A stretch of DNA of 48,439 nucleotides, the filler included, from Syntrophales bacterium (GTDB taxonomy: Bacteria; Desulfobacterota; Syntrophia; Syntrophales; UBA4778): the NCBI GenBank assembly GCA_963665615.2. It is 2 parts of 2 records of this genome, joined end to end, with 100 filler letters (N's around TTAATTAATTAA, not from the genome) between each part and the next. Parts side by side here need not be neighbours in the genome. Positions count along the whole stretch, not along the records: positions 25,289 to 48,439 come from CAXXQE010000003.1; 1 more part is not named here. One strand, 5' to 3'. This document shows, in pieces, positions 39,942-48,439 of the stretch. Position numbers and translations under genes: made by a program. Below the pieces are notes generated by a model, which saw only the letters and a list, made by a program, of their open reading frames with translations, searched no databases and had not been told where the DNA came from. The stretch's first letter is position 1, and each line of letters begins with the position of its first letter.

Positions 39942-41407
39942 CTAGTTCTCAAGCCCGTGAACGCGAAGAACAAAGGCAGCAGGATCACTACGGTCACGTC
40001 ATCGAGCTTGTTGGTCATGGTACGGACAAAAGAGGTCTCTTTGGGCATCACCGTGCCGGCGAGGAATGCTCCAAACAGTGCGTGAATGCCGAGCCATTCG
40101 GTCAAGAGCGCGGATATATGGGCGAATACCAGTACAGCGGCAATCAGGTCGTTCGACAGCCCTCCGTCGAAACGCTCCCACAGCCGTTTGAACAACGGCC
40201 TGACGACAAAGAGCATGCCGCAGACGAATAGCAAGGAGCCTCCCAGAGTCGCCCAGAGGGGCATGTTTACCGTGGGTGCGCGGAGCAGCAGTGCAATTGC
40301 CGCGAGGATCGACCATGCGGTAACGTCATCCACAGCGGCACAGGCGAGAGCGGCCGCACCCATTCGAGTGTGCAGCAGGTTCTTCTCGGCGAGTATGCGT
40401 GACAGCACGGGAAACGCAGTCACGCTCATGGCCGCGCCCATGAAGAGCGCAAAGCCCGTGAAGGGCACGCTGCTGTCGGAGAGAACCGGATACAGACCAA
40501 AGGAGAGAAGAGCCCCCAGAACGAAGGGGACGATGATGCTCATGTGGCTCGTGATGAAGACGCTGTGCCCGACTTCGCGTAAAAGCCGCGGATCCAACTC
40601 CAGGCCGACCCGAAACATGAAAAGAATCAACCCGACCAGGCTTATGGAATTCAGAAAACCCAGACTCTCCGGAGGGAAGAGAGTGCTTGAGAGTCCGGGC
40701 AGCGCCCAACCGAGGAGCGAGGGGCCGAGCAAGATGCCCGAGAGCATCTCCCCTACGACCTGCGGCTGGTGAAGCCGGCGGAACAGACGGCCCATGATGC
40801 GCGCCCCGGCAACGATCAGCGCTATCTGGCCGAGCAGAAGGGCGAGATTCGGCATGGGGCCGCCGGTTCGCGGGATCGATTGTGGAGGCGCGGGTGCAGG
40901 TGGGGGAGCATGAAGACTTCCTCCCGCATGCAGGGTCGCAAGCAGGATCAGAAATGGAATGCCCACAAGGAGGATGTAGTGTCCGGCGAAGGAGATCCCG
41001 CGACGAGGCTGCATATTCGGCATTGGAGTGGGTGACCTCACTTTCTGCTGTTGCCGCCAATATGAATTGAACCGCAAGTCATGACCCACCCTGACTGATA
41101 ATCATATCGGATGCTCCGGGGAAGAGGGGGAACTAAACCTGGTGCCGCTTTCAGGAATTGGATGTGCACCGCCGGGTCTTTGAATGCCCTGCAAAATAAA
41201 TTGAACTCGGAATGCCGAAATGCCGCATGGGATAAAGCGAAATAAAGCTGAGACGCGAAGTTGTCCGGGCGCGCAAGTGTACCTACATTTCAGCAATGCG
41301 GGCATGTACCATTTGTCGCAGGTCCACCGGGAACGGGACTGCGGTATGTGTCCGCGCGGAGAGAAGATTTGGTGCTCACTCGGGTATGAAGCTCGTGGAG
41401 GATCTCC

Positions 41408-41992
41408 ATGCCGTCACAAAGCGTGTGGCCCGGGCATCTGGACAGGTTGCGGAAGATCTGGGTCCAAACACTATTTCCACCGATCGTGATGATTGCGTTG
41501 GGGACAATCGCAATCGCGATTTCATTTCCCGGATTGCTGGGATATTCGGATTCGGGGAGATACCATAGTTCTTTGGCCCAAGTGTCGGCGATCGGATCCA
41601 TCATTCTTATCGGGGGAAACACGCGACTGCTCGACCTGTACTTTTCCAGGAGATGGAACGGATTCAACCTGGAAAGTGCGATGGGACTCGTCTATATCCT
41701 GGCAGGCGTCGCGCTGCTGGTATACTCACATCGAGCGATGGCCGTTGCGGACCTGATGCTCATTTCTTATTTCGCGGTGGACGGTGCACTCGGGATTTCC
41801 CGGTCGCAGGAGTTGCGATCCAACACGGAGATCTGCTGGTGGGTTTGCGGTACGTTGTCCATTGTTCGAAGTGTAACACTCGTGGCGGCGTTTCCGTACA
41901 TATCCATCTTCTTCTGGGCGCTCGGTCTGCTCAGCGGCATAGGCCTGATATTTGACGGATGCTGCGGCATCTCGGGCAGGCTTGCCAAATGA
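41408..41992 (+). CDS. HdeD/DUF308-like membrane protein (divergent)
   Basis: GGAGG RBS. Multi-TM: LGTIAI, GLVYILAG, F.VDG, WALGLLSGIGLIFDG. Confidence 0.65.
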   Translation: MPSQSVWPGHLDRLRKIWVQTLFPPIVMIALGTIAIAISFPGLLGYSDSGRYHSSLAQVSAIGSIILIGGNTRLLDLYFSRRWNGFNLESAMGLVYILAGVALLVYSHRAMAVADLMLISYFAVDGALGISRSQELRSNTEICWWVCGTLSIVRSVTLVAAFPYISIFFWALGLLSGIGLIFDGCCGISGRLAK

Positions 41993-42276
41993 GGTTCATC
42001 CCGCCGATACGTACCTTCAGGTGTGAATGATCATATTAACTAGGCTATCTCACCGGGTCAGCAGGATTTTTTTCAGTGGATCGCTTTCATTTCCGATCCC
42101 CTCAATGACGCCACTCGTGATTCACGCCGCCCCGTGAGGGATGTGCTGCCACGCCATTCCAATCTGCCTGTTGCTGAAGGCACTTATATTGGCACATAAA
42201 TTGTATACTGACAATCCCACCTTTGGATGTTGCGGCTGAACTCACTTTGAAAATTGAAAAGACGGGAGAGAAGTGT

Positions 42277-44451
42277 ATGGAGAAGGTGAAGAGTAAAGGA
42301 AATAAGTATTCTTTAAGATTCAGCAAATTAGCAATTCTCTTTCTTGGTTTTATTCTCTTTTTCGCCTTTTCGTTTTTGGGTGCGGCCCACTCTTTCGCGG
42401 AAACCTTCAAGCTCGCCGTGGTTCTGCCTCTCTCAGGAGATATGGCGCCGATAGGCGACAACCTGCTGAAGGCTGTCAAGTTTTCGGCCGAGCGGATGAA
42501 AGCGGACAAGGGTGTGGATTTCGAGTTGGTCGTCAGGGACGACAAGAACGATCCGGAAGAAGCCCGGAAGGTAGCGGAAGAACTGGTCAAAGACCCTAAG
42601 ATTGTCGGCGTCGTCGGGCATTATTACTCATCGACGGCAATGGGGGCCGCTTCCATCTACGATCGCGCCAAACTTCCCGTCCTTTGCGTCTTTGCCAGCG
42701 ATCAGAGGCTTACCAAGAGCAGCCCGTACATGTTCAGTTTGAATTATTCCAACCAGTCTCAAGCCGAGCACATGGCGATCTATTTGAAGGAAGTCTTCAA
42801 GACCGACAATATCCTCATGATCAGCAACAACGACGACTTCGGGATCAGTCTTTCGGCCGGATTCAAGGAAAAGGCCGAAAGAATCGGACTGAAGCTGTTT
42901 AAACATCTTGAATACGATCACCACAAGAAGTTCGGCGACGATTACATCGCTTCCAGTCTCCCGGACAAAGAGGCGAACAAGGGGATCGGCGCTGTTGTCG
43001 TCTTCTCCCATACGGATTCGGGAATCAAGCTGGTCAAACAGCTCAGGGGGCACGGGATTAATGCGCCCCTTCTGGGACCGAATCCATGGTTTACTGACAA
43101 GTTTCTTGATCCTAAAGTAATTCCTGAGGAATATACTCGTAACGTATTTGTGGCAACACCGTTTATGTGGGAGGTGGGGAACTATAGGGCATTCAAATTC
43201 GCAGAGGACTTCAAGCAGAAATTCAACGAAGCGCCGAACCTTACCGCTCCCATGTGTCATGATGCAGTGCTCCTCTTCGCCACGGCAATCAAGGAGAAGG
43301 GCGACGACAAAGAAAAAATCCGCGACTTTCTGCAGTCCATGGAATGGCAGACAGCCGCCCCCGGCATAACTGGAAGCGTCTTCTTCGGCAAGGATCGAAT
43401 GACCGAGAGGGATGCTTACGTCTGTGAGATCAAGGATGGCAGGTTCAAGGTCAATTACGTCCAGTTGGGGCAGCCCAGAGAGCCCTACGTATTTAAAGAA
43501 CAAGAGGAAAGACTCAAAAAAGGATTCCTGATTGAGTGCGACGGAAAGCTATATCATTGGATAGATGTGGTATTTGTAGGGGTAGATTTCTTCAGAGTTA
43601 ATGATGTTAATATGCAACGGATGTCGTTCGATATAGAATTCTATCTGTGGTTCAAGTGGATGGGCGCACAGGTTGATGTAAGTCAATTGGAAATTCTCAA
43701 CGCATTTTCAGGAACATCAAGCCTTATAAAGGAAGATCTCTCCAAGCCGGTAAAATACAAGACTCTGCGGTACAAGGGGAGCTACATCAAGCCATTTGAC
43801 CTTTCACGATTCCCTTACGATACTCAGGAATTACCCATAACTATAGGACATAAGTCCAAGAATTCAACCCACATTATGCTCGTCACCGACTCCAGGCACA
43901 TGGCGTTCGAGCCCGTACAAGAAATTTACCCGCAGGAGTGGACATACCTCAACAAGAACTACTCATCCGGACTCCACCGGATGGACTCCACGTTTGGAGA
44001 CCCGGACTACAGGCTGGGCACCGGTTACAAGAGCAGAATTTACTTCTCCACTGTTACGGTATTCATGACACTGAAAAGAATAATCTTTCCGTACCTATTT
44101 AATATTTTCCTCCCGCTCGCCATCATATTGGCAATAGCGGTCCTGATCATCACTATCCCCATCGAACAGATCGTCGTGCGACTTCAACTTTCAATGACGG
44201 CTTTATTGAGTATCATTGTATATCACCTGGCGCAGAAGAACTCTCTGCCCAAGGTGGGTTATCTAATGAAGGTCGACTGGTACTTCATTATCTCGTACTG
44301 TTTTATATTGCTCGTCATTTGCTTGAATATAGTGATAGTGCGAAAGGTACTTCATAAAGAAAATGAGAGGGCTATGAAACTTAATAACAGGTTTATCTTC
44401 GCGCTCGTGCCCCTGGCTCTTATAGCTTATGCGGTTGCGACGCTGATTTAG
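42277..44451 (+). CDS. Branched-chain-type periplasmic binding domain fused to a pentameric ligand-gated ion channel (pLGIC)
   Basis: Signal peptide, LAVVLPLSG, DDKNDP, VVGHYYSS. Then V.VGVD...NDVN...FDIEFYLWFKW, Pro-loop FPYDTQ, 4 TM helices (IFLPL; LQLSMTALLSI; LPKVGYL). Confidence 0.85.
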   Translation: MEKVKSKGNKYSLRFSKLAILFLGFILFFAFSFLGAAHSFAETFKLAVVLPLSGDMAPIGDNLLKAVKFSAERMKADKGVDFELVVRDDKNDPEEARKVAEELVKDPKIVGVVGHYYSSTAMGAASIYDRAKLPVLCVFASDQRLTKSSPYMFSLNYSNQSQAEHMAIYLKEVFKTDNILMISNNDDFGISLSAGFKEKAERIGLKLFKHLEYDHHKKFGDDYIASSLPDKEANKGIGAVVVFSHTDSGIKLVKQLRGHGINAPLLGPNPWFTDKFLDPKVIPEEYTRNVFVATPFMWEVGNYRAFKFAEDFKQKFNEAPNLTAPMCHDAVLLFATAIKEKGDDKEKIRDFLQSMEWQTAAPGITGSVFFGKDRMTERDAYVCEIKDGRFKVNYVQLGQPREPYVFKEQEERLKKGFLIECDGKLYHWIDVVFVGVDFFRVNDVNMQRMSFDIEFYLWFKWMGAQVDVSQLEILNAFSGTSSLIKEDLSKPVKYKTLRYKGSYIKPFDLSRFPYDTQELPITIGHKSKNSTHIMLVTDSRHMAFEPVQEIYPQEWTYLNKNYSSGLHRMDSTFGDPDYRLGTGYKSRIYFSTVTVFMTLKRIIFPYLFNIFLPLAIILAIAVLIITIPIEQIVVRLQLSMTALLSIIVYHLAQKNSLPKVGYLMKVDWYFIISYCFILLVICLNIVIVRKVLHKENERAMKLNNRFIFALVPLALIAYAVATLI

Positions 44452-44496
44452 GAAGGCTGCTCATACTGATTTGCATTCAAGATTGGTCGAAAAATC

Positions 44497-44583
44497 GACG
44501 GATTTCGCTGCGCTGCACACAACCTACATCTATACCAAATCGCAGTGAATCCGTAGGATGGGTGCAGCGCAGCGGAACCCATC
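44497..44583. repeat. Inverted pair of GTAG-type REP elements
   Basis: GTAGGATGGGTGCAGCGCAGCGGAACCCATC (44553-44583) and a reverse-oriented variant (44497-44527) between convergent genes. Confidence 0.75.
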
Positions 44584-44661
44584 ACACCAAATTTGAACGC
44601 AACTTCGTATCAGGTTCCGAATCGCCCTCGAAATGAAAAACAGACCTCCACCGCTCCGGCG

Positions 44662-46123
44662 TCAATCGCCGAAGCGGTGGAGATATTCCTCCATCTTCAA
44701 TTTACGCATGGTGCTTGTGGAACTCATGTAGCGAATCGTACCAAAGACTCGCCGCGACGGACCGAAAGGCCTGTCGTAGCGACCCAGCACCCAGAATATC
44801 CCCGTATACGAATTCGGATCTCTTCCATCCAGGGCGTATTTGTTGTTGAGTTCGATCATCACGTCCAGCGCTTCCCGGGGCGAGGCGGTCCATTCGAGGA
44901 TCTTCTTTCCCCAGAGCATGCGCAGGTAGTTCTGGATCGTGCCTTCCCGCAAAAGCTCCCTTTGGGCGGCATTCCAGACCGGATCGGCGGTCTCGGCGGA
45001 TTCCAGCGTCTCCAGGGAATAGAGCACCGGGCGTTCGTCTCCGGCATGTTTCAGGAGTTCCTGCCGTGCCCAGTCGGGAAGCGATTCGAACCGGTCGTGG
45101 CCGGGGTTTCTAAAGCACATGTTGAACCCCAGTTCGCGCCATGTAACGAGTTGATCTAGAAAAGCCTCCGCCCCTTCACTCATGCCCCACCATCCGGCCC
45201 GCTGCCCGGAAGAGACGACATCCAGATCTTCCGGCGTCCAATCCTCCGCATCCCGGAGCTTTTGAAAGATTTCGTGCACGGAGATGTGCCCGAAATGAAG
45301 GTAAGGAGAAAGGCCGCTCGAAACCCCCTCGTCCGGATGGTTCCTTTCCTCGTGGTATCGGTGCACATTCCGGCTTAGGAACAGGTCCAGCCTCTCCTCC
45401 GCTTCAGAAGAACCTCCCCGGGTTTCCACCGCTCGAACGCCGTGGTCTATGGGCAGTGCGGCGAGGGCTTGGGGCGTTGCTTTGAGGATGTCTTCGGAGG
45501 CCCCCGGCCAGCGGTTGACAACTTCCGCGGGGACTTCCGGCAGCACCGGCAGGGAAAGTCCCTCCAGGGGATCTTGCTTCGGAAAGCAGTCGAGGTGCCG
45601 GCGGATTTCCTTTTGCAGGAATCTACGGAATGCATGGGCGGTCGAAAAGATCTTGTCCGCCGCGGCAAGGGGTAGAAGCCCGTTGGAATCCACCGCCTCC
45701 AGCTTGACGGGCAGGTCCTTTGCTGCGGCCCTCGTCATGTGCGGCAGAAAGAATGCGGGGAACTCGTCGGTAACGACGATGGCCGCGCTGGAAGCCAGTG
45801 CCTGCAGGAGTCCCTTGCCCGCTCCCTTTTCGGGTTCGACGTACGGGTAGTAGAGCGCCGGAGTGTCTCGGAAGCGCTCCCGGTTTTCGCTCATCCCCTG
45901 GAGGATGAAGGAGTGCAGCCTCTCGCCGGCCCACGGGTAATCGCAGCGCAGGGCTTCCAGGACGAGAAGCGGCTTTCCGAGTTTGTGCGCCCACCCGGCA
46001 GCACGCTCCAAGCTGAAATTAAAGCGGGCCCTCCGGAAGGCGATCATCCAGTAGAGGACGAACTCACCCTGCGGATTCACGGGAGCCTCATTCAGGGGAA
46101 AACACTCTTTCTCCGGGGACCAT
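44662..46123 (-). CDS. phr: Deoxyribodipyrimidine photolyase (class II-like), 1-nt frameshift near the 5' end
   Basis: VLYWM, SGLSPYLHFGHIS, WRELG, YLRMLWGK, LDGRDPN. Likely start is AGGAG...ATG at 46123 (MVPGERVF-PLNE) if one base of TTTTCCCC is removed. Confidence 0.85.
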
Positions 46124-46504
46124 GGTCGGTCGCTCTCCTGGAATAATTGGGGGACAGGGGGGTGTATGATGGAGCCGGATTCAGGACGCCCCTGGTAGAT
46201 AGCACTCCCCGGCAGGACCCTCAAGACAAAAAAAACAGCGGGATCCCGTGGGGGACCCCGCTCTCGGTACAACTTTATATATTCAACGTCCCCGGCCGGC
46301 CGTGCCGTTCGGGGGCTGCTTGGAAGCGGGTATATACGCCCAGTCGCGGTCCGATGCAAGAAAAAAGAATCCTTCCGGAAAAATTTTCATGATTATCTTC
46401 GTGCTTATTGCCCGGTTCGACGGGGGCCTCAGCCGGGCAGCCGTGGAGGCCGGGTCCGGCCGGCGTGCCTTTTTACAGATCATTCGAGCATGAGAGGAGG
46501 AGTC

Positions 46505-47533
46505 ATGGCAGACGTATCGAGCCGGGAGATCCGGTTGAAGAGGCGTCCTGCGGGCATGCCCGATGCGGGAGACTTCGAACTCGTGGAGGTGCGTGTGCCT
46601 GAACCGGGTGAGGGGGAGGTGCTCGTTCGAAACATTTACATGTCCGTCGACCCGTACATGAGAGGGCGGATGAACGACCGGACGAGTTATATCCCCCCTT
46701 TCGAACTCGCAAAACCCCTCGAAGGCGGATGCGTGGGCCGGGTAGCCGCTTCGGAAAACGATGCCTTCCGGGTCGGAGACTATGTGCTGGGCATGATGGG
46801 CTGGCGGGAATACTTCCTCTCCGACGGTTCGGATCTCATGAAGATCGACCCCCGCCCTCGGGCCCATCCAGGCGTTTCTCGGGGGTCCTCGGCATGACCG
46901 GCTTGACCGCCTACGTGGGTCTCCTGGACATGGGAAAACCGAAAGCAGGGGAGACGGTCTTCGTTTCGGCGGCTTCCGGGGCCGTTGGTTCCGCAGTCTG
47001 CCAGATCGGGAAGATTTATGGCTGCCGTGTGATCGGGAGCGCGGGGTCGAAAGATAAGACCGAGTGGCTGCTGAAATCCGCCGGAATCGACGCGGCCGTC
47101 AACTACAAAACGGTCGTGGACCTTGGAACGGAACTTGCCCGGGTCTGCCCGGAAGGAATCGACATCTACTACGAGAACGTCGGCGGAAGGCACCTCGAGG
47201 CGGCCCTGGACAACATGAAACCGTTCGGGCGCATCGTGCTGTGCGGGATGATCTCCCAGTACAACGCCGTCCATCCGGAACCGGGTCCTGGGAATCTCTT
47301 CCTGGCGGTTTTGAAGCGGCTGACCCTGAAAGGGTTCATCATCTCCGACCACCTGGACCGGCTGGAACGCTTCTCCACCGACATGAGCGAGTGGATCAGG
47401 CAGGGCCGGATCGGATGGAAGGAGACGGTTGTCGAGGGGATCGAAAATGCCCCCAAGGCCTTCCTGGGCCTCTTTCGAGGGGAGAACTTCGGAAAGATGC
47501 TCGTCAGGGGTCGGCCCCGATCCGGCCGGGTGA
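46505..47533 (+). CDS. NADP-dependent oxidoreductase (CurA/PGR-like MDR), three homopolymer frameshifts
   Basis: LKRRP.GMP, YMSVDPYMRGRM, GMTGLTAY, VSAASGAVG, ENVGG, CGMISQYN, NFGK. Confidence 0.85.
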
Positions 47534-47570
47534 TTCACCCCCGCCGCCATTGTGCATTACGCGCGTTACG

Positions 47571-48275
<705 letters not shown>

Positions 48276-48281
48276 GACGGG

Positions 48282-48439
48282 TCATCCCTTTCCGAAATAG
48301 GCTTCAAGAACGCCCGGGTGGGTCCGGATATACTGCGCTTCGCCTTCTTCGAGGACTTCCCCGAAGTTCAGGACGGTCAGGTTGTCGCAGATGTCCATGA
48401 GAAAATCCATGATGTGATCGGTCACGATGATGGTGACGC
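48282..48439 (-). CDS. livG: LivG-like ABC ATPase, C-terminal part
   Basis: IVTDHIMDFLMDICD.LTVLNFG...HPGVLEAYFG*. Confidence 0.75.
   Translation of the reverse strand, partial: VTIIVTDHIMDFLMDICDNLTVLNFGEVLEEGEAQYIRTHPGVLEAYFGKG

Larger units (their letters stand above)
37539..41023 (-). pseudogene. CPA2 cation/H+ antiporter interrupted by an IS
   Basis: 5' part has QPQVVGEM, TAFPVLSRIL, AAVDDV, LLPLFFAFTGLRTS. 3' part has VGLL...LMNTRGLMEL. Removing the IS and one CTAG restores GLRTSVGLL in frame. Confidence 0.92.

Noticed and set aside
46124..46359. Long N-terminal extension of the photolyase in the ORF track
   Set aside because: Artefact of the frameshift; a good RBS and ATG exist at 46123.

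Overview
The window is two unlinked pieces joined by an artificial spacer (N-run + TTAATTAATTAA + N-run, 25189-25288). Both look like anaerobic Desulfobacterota/Syntrophales-type DNA (inference from gene content). Left piece (1-25188): DUF1329 3' end, four paralogous large Fe-S (wHTH + ferredoxin) genes, SDRs, and a scar of an old tmRNA-targeting element (tmRNA 3' fragment, collapsed tyrosine integrase, decapitated SDR). It also has two MITE-like elements, ndk, an MFS, an orphan PIN nuclease, glnS with a convergent tRNA-Gln, a putative porin, glyQS, a GAF-PilB/GspE ATPase, a rhombotarget-like lipoprotein and a partial RluA. Right piece (25289-48439): an unlisted 41-aa acidic peptide gene with its own promoter and terminator, a methyltransferase, bioB with a BirA operator, and ltaE. 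Next comes a 6.5-kb AT-rich island bounded by a ~54-bp duplication of the ltaE 3' end. It carries a tightly coupled four-gene operon: wHTH/coiled-coil protein, TIR-like (Cap12/Pycsar-type) protein, unknown protein, and a double KaiC-like ATPase fused to a cytoplasmic solute-binding-like domain. This operon is the best candidate for an undescribed defence or signalling system. Further right are a radical SAM/SPASM gene coupled to a lipoprotein-like partner, a CPA2 antiporter interrupted by an intact IS1380-like element, an HdeD-like gene, an SBP-fused pentameric ligand-gated channel, a REP doublet, a photolyase, an NADP oxidoreductase and livFG. Five single-base homopolymer frameshifts in the right piece are probably sequencing errors.
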